Source of the DNA: Oculina patagonica
Lineage: Eukaryota
Assembly (NCBI RefSeq): GCF_052425735.1
Contig: NC_135758.1
Span: 17,112,001-17,176,000, forward strand
DNA length: 64,000 nucleotides
Direction of reading: 5' to 3'
Below, one piece after another: positions 27,263 through 38,940 of the stretch; position 1 is the first letter of the stretch, and every line of letters begins with the position of its first letter. Under the pieces are notes generated by a model. The model made no database searches. It saw only the letters and a program-made list of their open reading frames with translations, and was not told the origin of the DNA. Position numbers and translations under genes: made by a program.

Positions 27263-28709
27263 AGACCATTTGCATTATGACGTAAAAGCGCAAAGACTTC
27301 TGGTAGTTGTAGTTAAGTTCGCGGGAAATTTTGAATCGTCATCAAGCTGGCTTGCCCAAGAAAATCGTGATGGAGGTAAAGAAAATTACTCTCACCGAAG
27401 AAGACGTCCCCGTAGCTTCATATAAAGGGCAAAAAGCAACCTCTCAGTATAAAACCAAGTCCGTTAAAATGAAAAAAAGTTATGCAAGAAATTGTATATT
27501 TGCTGGGTTGCGTTTTGTAGTGAAGTTTCAACGAGTGTTTCCTCCAGTCGAGTCTCAGTCGCGTGGTTACTTAATTAAATTCCTCAGTAAAACTTTTGCT
27601 TGCCAGGTATTTTCAAATAATATACGAAGACGCAATATTTTACCATTTCTAAACATGGGGGAGTACAGTACATGACGTCTACACTCGTAAAAATCTTTGA
27701 GGCTCACCTTTCGAGTCGCACAAGTAATCGTTGATCAACAAGATTATGCCGGGAAATAAAATTATATTTGCTCGCACGGCCCTCGCTCGGATTGAAACCA
27801 CAACTGCTACTCGACGAGCTGACATGTCCAGTACAAAAACAAGAAAACTTCTGTGTTAAAGAATATTGCAATTACAGTTCTAATTTGACGAAAAAATACA
27901 ATTTTAAGATAAAAACAAATAATCTGTATTCAACTGCACAGGGAAGTTTTGATTGATCAGCTTGAAAATCCTTTATGATTGACCCTTCATGATTCATCGA
28001 TGAAGCTCGATTGAACGAGGAAAATTATTTGACTCGTTTCTCTGTCTCACGGTAAAAACAAATTAAACTGACCGTCCCGTCGAGCAATCATGATATACGG
28101 TAAATTTTCTAAGCTTTTCAGTGAAGAATTAATTCACCTGCGATCGATGGAAGCGATCGTTTGTGGAACGTCTGGAAATAGATGATGAACAAAGTCAATG
28201 GCTTGCCTTGCTTTCACTTGATTCCACACAAATTTAGTTATATCCTCGACTCGTCCTTTCAAGCAATCTGTTTTCAGTGCGCGATTTTTTGAAGCTGTGT
28301 TATTTTAAAGCTAAAATTATTTATGAAGAGAAGTTGTCGGCCGCGATGAATGAATTTCTACCAAGTCAACTCCGCCACACAACGTACATATCAAACTTAC
28401 TTGAACACGAACAACATTTGTCTGTCTTGGTTAAAACACAGAACTCAGTCAATTTTCATTCCAAAGCTATCATCCTGTTTTCTATATTTTTGACAGGTAA
28501 CTGAAAAAATAAATGTATAAACAAATTTCGAAGCGACAAGAGCGTAAACTTATTAGCAGCTCAACTTCAGATCAAAATAAAAGACCTGGATGTCCACCTT
28601 CACGCTTGGCTGCCCTTAGCCAATCATAAGCCATAAATGGTGTTTTCCCGCGAACCTAACTACAACTACCAGAAGTCTTTGCGCTTTTACGTCATAATGC
28701 AAATGGTCT
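27263..28709. mobile_element. Non-autonomous TIR transposon with AT TSD (ISL2EU-like)
   Basis: 66-bp TIRs AGACCATTTGCATTATGACG... with one mismatch, AT flanks, relic peptide ITLTEEDVPVASYKG near left end. Confidence 0.85.
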
Positions 28710-30549
28710 ATTATGATCTGAAACGTTTTTCGAGTGTCAGAGAAAGTTACTTGGAGATTTGGGTCTATATTCGAAGCTAGAAATTGAGGTAAATTATCTT
28801 TCTTGTTGCTTAGCACGTGTTTCGGTCTGTTGCGTATGCTGTTGAATAACTTGTGTGTGTTTTTTACATCCCATCGTCCCGGGCAGCTGAAAATTTGAAC
28901 ACGATATTATTCATAGAACGCCCCTCAAACTGCTCAAGGCTGCTTAATCGGCAGAGAAAACGGAACAATCGATACTCACCAAGAACTATGTCGGTCAAGC
29001 TGGTTATCCTATACGTAGTTATTCCATAAAACGCTGGTTATAGATAGCCACACATTAGCTTTGGGCAGAGCGCGCTGTTCAACTGACTCAAAATCGTTCA
29101 CATGCTCAATTTACATACAGAAAAGAAAGAGACCTGTTTTGCCTCTTCAGTGACAGCAGAATAACCGACGGAAACAATAGAAATAAAGTCAACAATTACT
29201 TTTTATTGTTTACAAATACAAGTTAGTCAGTTATTAAATTCTCGTTTATAAATCCGCGCGTCGTTTTCTTCTGTTTTAGCCAGCAGAAGGTTTTGGTTCA
29301 TTTTCCCCAGGTACCATCGATATTTTGTAAAATCCCAGCAAGTTTTCTCCAAGGAAAACCGTCCCAGCAAGCGAACAGTCTCATTCCTAAATTTGCCAGC
29401 CAGCTCAAGTTCAGGTTGCAGAGCGGAAATTTTGTGGAGCGGTTTCGTTGGGTTCTTCTGCGTATGAATAGATAAAATTCCAAATGGTACAAAATGAAAG
29501 GGGCTCTCATTAGTATTGCATAAACACTTTCGGGTTCAAATTGCGGCGTTATGGATTGAAGATATATGATATGATATGGATATGTGAGATAGCTCATCTC
29601 ACAACAGCTCACCTTGAGCAGGGTTTGACTTGGATAAATTACCTTAATAGAAACCCCTTGTTCTTGTGATTCCATTAGAAATTTCTCAGTACAAACTTAT
29701 TAACTTCAGGAACTTTCATTTCCCTTTTAACAGCTTTCTTAACTTACTTCGGCTTTATGCGTTTCTTTATCTCGAACCTATGCCCCACTTCACCCTAACC
29801 CCCCCCCCCCCCAAATAATCATTATTCGACGCCTTCTTTACCTTAAATTGGCGTATTTTTAATTGAAATGGTTCTTTGTTTTGGTAGCTGTTGTTGCCAC
29901 TTTTTAAAATGTTTCACACTTCTGCGTTTTACAAAATTCACACATACTGCCTTTTAAGAAAATACGTCAATGCGCATTTTATAATGTTCCTCCCATCAAC
30001 CGTACCGTTCCACCGTTCCGCCGTTCCACCGTTCCTACATTCCTAATAATAAACTAACCAGAATATCCAGGACAACACAAATTTACATATTTCAACACTT
30101 GCACTCCTAAACAAAGTGAAAAGCCTAATTCACCCTTTAAAAAGAACTACTCCATACCACAATTGACTGCCAACAGATAAACCATAGCAAAATAGTCGTA
30201 GTCTCACAGAGACCTTTGATTAAACATTAAGTTTGTTGTTTGAAGTTCGTTAAGTCGATGATCGCTTGCAGTTCGATGCAGTGTACTCAGATTGTATATT
30301 AAAAGGGTTAGAGTCTGTTCGTTCGTGTTTTGTTGACAAATACACGCACTTGCTGGCCTCACAATGAACTCAAAATTTTCAATACTGCACTCGGCTACGC
30401 CTCGTGCAGTATTGAAAATTTCTCGTTCATTGTGCGGCCAGCGCGTGCGTGTATTTGTCAACAAAACACTCACAACAGTCTCTAACCCATAAATATACAA
30501 CGGCTTTCCTGTATTCTGATTGGCTGTATTTTCTATGGCGTGGTATAAA

Positions 30550-30668
30550 AGAGAATAAATGGAAATACAGGGGAATACATGAGAATACAGGGGAATACAA
30601 GAGAATACATGAGAATACAGGGGAATACAGAAGAATACAGGGGCATACACGAGATACAGAAGAAAATA
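30550..30668 (+). repeat. Continuation of the GAATACAGG satellite
   Basis: Same decamer units as 20951-22960. Confidence 0.9.
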
Positions 30669-31795
30669 CAGTCGAAGCTCTCATAAACGGACACCCTCGG
30701 GACGCGAAAAAAGTGTCCGGAACTGGAGCTGGCCGCTTACGAGAATAGTTCTTGTAAGCGGCCACTAGAGGTAATATGCATATTAGTGGTGTTTCGAAAT
30801 GTAACCGGACGTGGATGACGACAAAACAAACACTGAAATATGGTACTGTAATTACAGTAAAATTATTGTGACGAACGGCGATGTGAAGTTGATTGATTAA
30901 TACAAGATACAGAGGTTTTTTATATGATTTTCTTTGCGGTGTCCGCTTACGGGAGCTTAAAAACAAAGAAAAAGTCTAAGTCGTAATCTCGGAAAGTGTC
31001 CGCGGCCGCTTACGGGAATGCCCGCTTACGAGAATGTAAAAATACAGAGTTTGTATGGGAGTAAAAACGGGGTTTCTAACAAGGTGGCCGTAAGTAGAGC
31101 TGTCTGTATATAAATATCTGAATACACTATAATAAGGGCTGGCGCTTCCCTTGTGCAAACAATAAGTGTAGTGGCTTCTCGAACATTTTTCAAGGTTTCT
31201 TTCCATAAGCAGACATCATTGGGACCTAACAAAGTGTCCACTAAAGGGAGGTGTTTGCTTGTGCGAGGTTAAAATGAGTGTTAGTATGTGACTGGGACCA
31301 TGACCCGGGGGGGGGGGGTACTCCCTATAATGGCCTATACGGGGAGGCTCCGCCCGAAAGGGGTACCTTTTTCAGGCTCCAGGTATATAAAAGGGTAGGG
31401 ATTTCACAAATTTAGGTATATGAAAGGGTAGGGAAATCTTTCATAATGATATTTTAAAAGGCCTTTACATTAAATATTTCGAGCAGACGCAACTTTTGGA
31501 TGTATCGTCTTAATTTATTAAGCGCTTCATAAAAATGACAAGAAAACATCCCGTTTTAGGTAAATGTGATGTCGTGTAGGTATATGAAAGGGGTGCCTTT
31601 TTGCAATAAAAGGTATACAAAAGGGGTACCCTTTCTATCAAAATGGTATATAAAAGGGTAAAGGGTTGGATCTTCGGGCGGAGCCTCCCCGTACAAAACT
31701 TTTTCCCCTCCCCCCCCCCCCGGGGGACCATGACTAGTCTCCGATTATGAGAGGTGCCCGCCTACGGGAGTTGTCCGTGAGTGGAGGCTCGACTG
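30669..31795. mobile_element. pogo-type MITE(s), possibly two fused halves
   Basis: TA|CAGTCGAAGCTC left end, GAGGCTCGACTG right end, CCGCTTACG repeats. Confidence 0.6.
31304..31724. mobile_element. MITE with CCCGGG termini and 9-bp TSD (MULE-like TSD length)
   Basis: GGACCATGA at 31295-31303 and 31725-31733; inverted TACGGGGAGGCTCCGCCCGAA arms. Confidence 0.85.
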
Positions 31796-32001
31796 CATAA
31801 TTTTTTTTTAATTAAAACAAATACATCATAAATCTTTGCGTTTATTGACTTACTCAGATCACAAAGTATTCATTAGGAATAACAATTTAACATTTTCAAC
31901 GCTTATTTTTAACAGTACATTAGTCATACACAGAAACAAAATACATAAAGTTTCAAACAGTATCAAATGCGTTCAACCTAGAAAAAAAAAGACTTGTTAC
32001 T

Positions 32002-34021
32002 TTAGACAGGGCTCTCTGCAATGCGGACAGTCTGATCCATCTTCTTTGGACAAGCAAGACGTAATTTTCCACTGCTGTTTTGTTGTAATCCGGGAATGTT
32101 CAGACAAGGACAACCGCTGACGTTGACATTTGACAAGTCGATTTGTCTTCCTGACGAGAGAAGAATGCTCTCGAGATTCCTGCATTTTACGACAGACATC
32201 ACGGGTGGGCGCTTTATAACAGCACGTGACATCACGATACTTCGCAAATTGTTACATTCGCTGAACGACACATGTGCGATCTTGTCGGGTTTAACTCTCA
32301 GCTCAGCGCATTGCAGATGATGGCAATTGTCAAGCACTAACTTGCCGATGGCTTTAGTTTCAACATCTAGTCGTGGTATGGAATCGTCACTCTCCATTTC
32401 ACATAGCTGTAGCGCTATTTTGCCAATGTGCGTCGATTGAAGATGATAGCGAGAAAACTTACAGTTCGTAGTGCGGATAAACGATATAGTACGAGCAATT
32501 ACTTCAAAGTCCATGGCAGCCTTACTATCGCTTGCTGTCTCGCCCATCGTTACATTTAAATGCTTAAGCTCCTCGCATTTCACGGCAATGGCAGTCGCAT
32601 TGGGCAAATTAATCGACACGCGCTCAAGCTTTTGACTTCGGATGAAAATTGAACATGTTGATCTATCGTGAGGGAATCCAGAGAGCTCATCCGCCGTGAC
32701 TGGTCCTCGCCTGTACACATCACAGAGGAAATGTTCCAACGTAGGACAGTCAATCTTTATACTTCCGAGTCTAGGCACTTGACACAATAAAATATTCAGC
32801 ACTTTAAGATGCGGACACATAGCTCCATACAATGTGAGCCCTGTCAGTTCACCAATGATGGAAAGCTTTCTGATTGTTTGATGCCCCTTTAAAAAATTGC
32901 GCAAAGTTGTAATAGGCATTGCGGGGCAAGCAACTAACTCCAAATGATTTAACCGAGTTGAAGTGGACTTTAGATTATGAAAGTTGGCGAGATTTCGCAA
33001 GCACATCGATTCTAATGACTTGGAATAGATAAATACAGCGGTGAGATCAAGGCAGTTTGCCAGTTGGAATTCTCTCAAGGCTGGAGTGTTGCATCGTAAA
33101 CACTGCATTCTTAAGGTTGATAGGCCATCCAACCCTAATGTGAGTAGAGATGTGGACTCGATGGATAACAGGCTTTTTCGGTCACGGTGAACCATACCAG
33201 CACCAACAAACAGATGGTGAAGCGACTTCATAAGCTTCAGCATGATACGCAAGTGGTCGCTTGTGAAAAAAAGTGGACATGTTCTCAACTCCAAACGTGT
33301 CACCACCGCAGCAAGTCGCTGAGAGGAAGCAATCGTTTTCAAACACATGTCTCTGTTGTGAATAATATGCGGAGGCAATGTTGGAATAAGACCAAACCCA
33401 GATAACATCAAGCTCCGTCAGGTTGACCTTGTCAAGAAACGCGATCAAAGTGGAGGGCGGGAACGCGATGGAGTCTAGCGCAAGTTTCAAAACTTTGAGA
33501 CGAGGAAATCTCAAAAGAACCATCTGGAGATGTTGAGGTGTGATGAAGTTCTTTTCTAGCGACTCTGGTTGCTGGAACAACCACTGGATTTCTGGCGGTT
33601 CGGAGCGAAGGTACTCAGTGAGATTCAGCTCTTCCAGTATGCTTGCGCACTGCAATGTTTGTAAAAATCTAGGGTCCCATTCTAACAGTGGCACATCCAA
33701 GCAGGTTAAACTTGGTAAGTGAGAAAGCAGTTCTCGTAGATATGGATCTGTGAAGGTTCTTGTAATTGGGTGATCCCTTAAGCATGTGATATAATGTCCA
33801 AACTTGATGAGACACTGCCGAAGTACATCTCTATACTTGGCGTATTCTGTAACGCAGAGTGGATACGCACGGGTGAAGTGAATGCATTTCCAAAGAGACG
33901 GAGTATTCTCAATCACATCCTTCCATCGCTTGCATACGACCGACAGGCGAGCTAAATTATCGTAAACTGGATGAAAAAACGCGAAAATGTGCGCCAACAC
34001 CTCATTTGGCAGGGAGTCCAT
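32002..34021 (-). CDS. Intronless F-box / leucine-rich-repeat-type protein (~672 aa) with a frameshift at ~33409
   Basis: N-terminal F-box MDSLPNEVLAHIFAFF...LSVVCKRWKDV; LRR-like LxxLxL and CxxL repeats; ORFs 33182-34021 and 32002-33411 join at GAGCTT-G-ATGTTA. Confidence 0.85.
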
Positions 34022-34360
34022 ACTTTAATTTCTTGGTCAGTGAAGTTGGCAAGACTTCGAAAGACTACAATGCGTGCGTCATAATAGATCGACTTATCCT
34101 CGAGATGAAAGCACGCGCAAGCGTAACGTAAAATTCTTGAAATAAAAGTATAGTTTTTGTGCTGAAATGATAAATTCTTGGACGTTTTGAGGCTTCTTTC
34201 TCTCCATCAACATTAAAAAATGCCGTTAACTAGCAGCACGCGCCTGCTCATTTCAAATGATCAAATGCGTCTTCGACATAAGCGCGCGCGCTCATCATGT
34301 CACAAAAGAGCAAAGCCAAGGTTAGTCCCCCGTTGGATAGAAGTTCTTGTGGTGGAAAAT

Positions 34361-34590
34361 TAGACTGTCCACAGCCCTTTATTTTTTCGTGTTTTTTTTT
34401 TTCGATCGATTAGCGCGCGGTGAGAACGGCGAGAGAACTGGGCACCAGCGCAAAACGGAAGAAGCAAGGGGGGTGGGGGTGGGGAGCTCGATTCGCTCGC
34501 TTACCGCCCCCCTCCCCCCGCACGCTCGCGCTTCGCGCTCGCTTCGTTTGCTTTTTTGCGTTGAAAAATCGAGAGGCTGTGGACAGTCTA
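34361..34590. mobile_element. MITE with TAG..CTA termini and 9-bp TSD (AcademH-like)
   Basis: TIR TAGACTGTCCACAGCC / GGCTGTGGACAGTCTA; flanks GTGGAAAAT / ATGGAAAAT. Confidence 0.8.
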
Positions 34591-34693
34591 ATGGAAAATT
34601 AGTGATAAAAATTTGAAACCCTGCGCAGCGTAGGTGCTGAATGTATAAATGAAAAAAAAAATGTAAATACTACGCTGTAGTCAAAAAAACTAT

Positions 34694-34730
34694 TCCCGAC
34701 GTTTCGGCAATGCTGCCTTCTTCAGGGGGA
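34694..34730 (-). ncRNA. Minimal type-I hammerhead ribozyme (Penelope-like element type)
   Basis: Minus strand: CCC CTGAAGA A GGCA-GCAT-TGCC GAAA CGTC GGG; core, helix II, palindromic ACGT helix III, GUC site. Confidence 0.65.
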
Positions 34731-36579
34731 CAAAACTATTTAGCCGTTAAAAAGTTTGTTGTATCACACGCGCATTTAAATAAATGCTCGCGCACGTTTC
34801 CGCGCGCGCGAGAGCGCACGATAATACAAAGAAGTCAATTCACGTAAAGCTAAAATCTTGATTAAGTCCACTCGGAGCCAGAGTTCCGTGTTGGAAGATG
34901 TATCTCATCTCCTGTTTCTTGCGGTAATGGAAAATTAGCCTTGCCTCTTTGCGTCGATCACGCCTGCCAGGGGAAGAAGAATATTTCGCGGCAGAGATGT
35001 CTGCGCTTTTTATCACCAATTTATGACAGATTTCGCGCACACATACGACTCTACATCCAGTGGAGATAAACAATGACTTTGCTCTTTTGTGACAATACAA
35101 GCGCGCGCTTTTGTCGAAATAGCCAATTTTTTCGCTCGCCGTTTTTCGCGCCGCTGCCCAACTAACCGAACTAGGCTAATGTCGAAACGAACTTTTAAAA
35201 ATCGTTTAAAGTAACTGCAAGAGCATGTTGTTGGTTAACGATATTTTTTAAAGGCTGATGGAGAGACAGAAATCTCGATAAGTCAAAAATATGTAATCAT
35301 TTTTAGCACTGATTAACATCCGCAAACTAAGTGAGATTGAAGCCTTTGTGATGAGCTGTTTCTTGTTCTTTTTCTGTTGCTTTACTAGCTCAAAATTTGT
35401 CATGTAGCTTGCTATTAACAACATTAGTTGGCACGAAAAATAGAGCGCAACTATTTGCGCGGAAAGAGTTAAAGAAAAATTCGCCATATCCGGACGAGGT
35501 TACTGTCAATACCATATTTTCCTCGCCGCTCTGTACTTGAGTCTTTATGCAGGTTGAATACACAGTTTTTATTTTATAAGAATCTAGTTTATAAGAATAT
35601 CAAGGCTGAAATTTGCGAATTTTTAAGAACATTTTAAGAATAAACCTGAGGCTGAGATTTTACAAAGAATATAATTTTGTGAAAATACATCATTTATCAG
35701 ACTCCGGCTCCGTAAACAGCAATTGTTCAATGCTTTGATATGACAATTCAATGCACGGTACATTTTAAATTGATATACTCTAATACGTACTGAAACGGGA
35801 ATGTCAAACGATATTATTATCTAAGAATGTTCAATCTTATAAATTAAAAAGGGGGAAGGCAAGTGTTTTTTTGTTTGTTGGTTTAGTTTTCAGTATACCC
35901 AAAGTTTCTTGTAAAAACGTATCCCCAGTGTAAAAGGTTTTAATTCGCTTGCTAAAAGCGCTGACGAGAATTTACATTCCTCCATATTTGTACCCGGCCA
36001 AATGGCAAATTCTAGGTAATTTTCTTACTATAGTAATTTTACTCTCGATATAAACTCGAATTCCCGATAACTTGAACCTTTTTCGATTTCCCTTGACGGT
36101 TTGAGTTATCTGGATTCAATAGATCGATAGATTGAATGCTCGATTTCTGCTGCTATGTGATAGCATTCAGTCTTCGAACTTTTAAACTTCCTCTGGTGGA
36201 TGAGCGGTGGGCTGCACGCGGCGACGCGATACAGCGAAAATTAATTAAGTTACGCAAAACGCACAAGAAAAGCGACGTCAGCACGCAGGTTACGCATCTT
36301 ATTTTTTGCGCTGATCTAATTCGCATCACTCGTACAAAAGTGCGCTTGTGTTGACTCGGACTTGCTACAGAGACTACACTTTAAGAACTATTTTGTTGGG
36401 ATCGTTATGTACAAAAGCTTTTCACAAACACGATTGATACATGATGGAAACTATTATAAATTCAGAATATTCTCTCTACACAGCCTGTGTATAACAGCCA
36501 TAAAAAGTAATTGCACAATGAAAGAAAAGAGCTAATAATAGGAAGACGCTGTTGGTCATAGACTTTTATAAGATTTGGT

Positions 36580-36595
36580 GGCTCCTAAAGGAGCC
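36580..36595 (-). promoter_or_regulatory. Histone 3' stem-loop (H2B, left arm)
   Basis: AAC-GGCTCCTTTAGGAGCC-ACCA downstream of the stop. Confidence 0.95.
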
Positions 36596-36627
36596 GTTGG
36601 TTTTGGCGGGAAACTCACAAAGCGAGT

Positions 36628-36999
36628 TTACTTGCTGCTGGTGTACTTGGTCACAGCCTTGGTTCCTTCACTGACGGCGTGTTTGGCCAGTTCACCAGGC
36701 AGAAGCAGCCTGATAGCAGTCTGGATCTCGCGAGAGCTGATGGTTGATTTCTTGTTGTAGTGGGCAAGGCGGGAAGCTTCGGTAGCGATGCGCTCGAAGA
36801 TGTCGTTGACAAACGAGTTCATGATGCCCATGGCTTTGCTGGAGATACCAGTGTCAGGGTGAACTTGCTTCAACACCTTGTAGATGTAGATAGCATAGCT
36901 TTCCTTTCTCTTTCCCCTTCTCTTCTTCTTTCCATCAGCCGCGGCCTTTGCCTTACCGGCTTTCTTCTCGCCTTTCTTTCCTGCAACTTTGGGTGCCAT
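36628..36999 (-). CDS. H2B: Histone H2B
   Basis: 123 aa, [27 protein letters not shown]...AVTKYTSSK; intronless, stem-loop. Confidence 0.99.
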   Translation of the reverse strand: MAPKVAGKKGEKKAGKAKAAADGKKKRRGKRKESYAIYIYKVLKQVHPDTGISSKAMGIMNSFVNDIFERIATEASRLAHYNKKSTISSREIQTAIRLLLPGELAKHAVSEGTKAVTKYTSSK

Positions 37000-37322
37000 G
37001 TCTGTAGATCAGAATTGATTTGAATGAAGGTAGGATGATACATCTTGTATTTATAATAAAATAAAGAAGGGATCAATTAACATAAGGATCGAAATTCTCG
37101 ATAACTGATTGGCCATTCTAACTTAACTGACCTTTGAGGTCATTTGATTTGCATGTGGTTTGTTTATACTACTTAAAGTCTTTGTCTAATCTTGTCAAAT
37201 GGAAAGCTCTAATTGGTGCATTTCGATCCTGCATACCTGATTAACGGCAAATAAAATTTGGGCGCGCAAAAAATTTATTTCAGTCTCTTAGAAACTAAAC
37301 TTCGTGAGTCCTACTTTCAATC
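37000..37322. promoter_or_regulatory. Bidirectional H2A/H2B promoter
   Basis: TATA-like at ~37050, two CCAAT boxes, octamer ATTTGCAT 37147-37154, inverted pair of GGATCGAAAT. Confidence 0.8.
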
Positions 37323-37703
37323 ATGTCTGGTCGCGGTAAAGGAAAAGCAAAGGGCACCAAGTCCAAGACCCGCTCATCCCGAGCAGGGCTTCAATTCCCA
37401 GTTGGTCGTATCCATCGTCTTCTCCGCAAAGGCAACTATGGTGAGCGTGTTGGCGCCGGTGCTCCAGTGTACTTGGCCGCTGTGCTCGAGTATTTGAGCG
37501 CTGAGATCCTTGAGTTGGCGGGCAACGCTGCTCGTGACAACAAGAAGTCAAGAATCATCCCCCGTCACCTTCAGCTGGCTGTGCGCAACGACGAGGAGTT
37601 GAACAAACTGCTCGCCGGTGTCACCATCGCACAAGGAGGTGTTCTTCCCAACATCCAGGCTGTACTTCTGCCCAAGAAGACCGAGAAGAAAGCCAAGGCC
37701 TAA
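37323..37703 (+). CDS. H2A: Histone H2A (canonical type)
   Basis: 126 aa, [12 protein letters not shown]...VLLPKKTE; no SQEY tail. Confidence 0.99.
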   Translation: MSGRGKGKAKGTKSKTRSSRAGLQFPVGRIHRLLRKGNYGERVGAGAPVYLAAVLEYLSAEILELAGNAARDNKKSRIIPRHLQLAVRNDEELNKLLAGVTIAQGGVLPNIQAVLLPKKTEKKAKA

Positions 37704-37725
37704 ATAAGCTTTTACTTACAACAAC

Positions 37726-37741
37726 GGCTCCTTTAGGAGCC
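37726..37741 (+). promoter_or_regulatory. Histone 3' stem-loop (H2A, left arm)
   Basis: GGCTCCTTTAGGAGCC-ACCA. Confidence 0.95.
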
Positions 37742-37989
37742 ACCAAATATTATAAAGTGATGGCCAACGATTTGGCTACGCCCCATTCCAAAGAGCACAT
37801 TTTAAATTAGAAATCGCGTCCAGCTTCATTTTCTACTTATCGATCAAATCAATACAAAAAGTGCTCAACAATTTTTTAACCCAACTTAACACACCCGCCC
37901 TCAATGCGCACAAATCGAACATTTGAAACGCGCGCGACCGTTACAGAAATTGCGCCAAAACTCGATTTCGCATCACTATTCTCTAATAT

Positions 37990-38065
37990 AGAAGAAACCC
38001 AAAGCTTAAATAAGCTTTAACTCACATCAACAGCTCCTTTAGGAGCCACCAAATATTATGAAATA
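37990..38065 (+). pseudogene. Orphan H2A 3'-end fragment with mutated stem-loop
   Basis: GAAGAAACCCAAAGCTTAAATAAGCTTT...AGCTCCTTTAGGAGCCACCAAATATTATGAAA. Confidence 0.8.
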
Positions 38066-38924
38066 CATTATTTTCAATTACAAAATTCACGCCAAAAAAA
38101 ATGCAAAATTTGAATGTTTAAAATAAAGCCCGCGCTCGAGTGATTTGAACGTCCGTGCGGGACTCGGAAGGCGGATGTGAATCCTGTTTTTTTCAGTTGT
38201 AATTCAGCCAAAAAGTGCACCATTATTTTTTTGTTTAAATTGTAGCCCGGTTTGAAATTATCAGGCGGTACTTTTTAGCCTGCGAATACAGCCGCCTCTC
38301 ATCCTCATTCGCTCCCGCTACGAAGAGCGAAAAGGTACTTTTGTGTGCAATTGCAACAAACGTTTGAATTACGCGCACGAATCACGGGGGCTTTCGTAAA
38401 TGCTCTAAAATTAAATTTGGGACACACGTACACATCCCGCTTTTTATACCGGTCGCAATGCACTTTACATTGCTGGCGCGGGATTTCGAATGGCTGCTTT
38501 TGGGGTAGGCCAAGAATCAATTTTCCCTTGCCACTTGTGATGAGAAGCATATAACGGTTGAGTGCTTCATTCGTGTAGCCTGCGAGCGTATTGCACCAGT
38601 TACAGAAAAGGCGAAGCTTCGGTAAAGAATACAAAAGTACTAGAACCTCAGCCTTTCTGTGGTAGAAGTATGATGGTAATCTTACCCCACAATTCATGAC
38701 AATTTGGGGAAAGCAAGCCTTCGGTTTATCTTGTAACTGTCTGTGCAAAAAGCGTGACTATACCATATAAAAGAACCCTTATTATTTACCTTCAGCATTT
38801 TAAACTTCTGCCGATGTTAATATCAGAGTTAACAGGAAAACGTTTATTGGCTAGATTGCAGAATACCCTGCCACTTTTTTGCATCGCATCCCGTTTATTG
38901 ATCATGACTTTTGAGAGATTTGGT

Positions 38925-38940
38925 GGCTCCTAAAGGAGCC
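38925..38940 (-). promoter_or_regulatory. Histone 3' stem-loop (H4, left arm)
   Basis: GGCTCCTTTAGGAGCC-ACCA. Confidence 0.95.

Larger units (their letters stand above)
23219..30500 (+). mobile_element. Crypton-like (tyrosine-recombinase family) deletion derivative, ~7.3 kb
   Basis: AATATACAA direct repeat at both ends, no TIR pair, 210-bp terminal palindrome 30292-30500 centred on CTCGGCTACGCCTCG, relic N-terminal exon and FNTCT C-terminal-like motif. Confidence 0.55.
22963..30549. mobile_element. Small palindromic (Crypton-type non-autonomous) host element split by a 7.3-kb insertion
   Basis: 160-bp palindrome 22963-23124; inverted repeats TTTATACCATGCCATAGAAAATAC (23126-23149) / GTATTTTCTATGGCGTGGTATAAA (30526-30549); satellite on both outer flanks. 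Confidence 0.65.
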
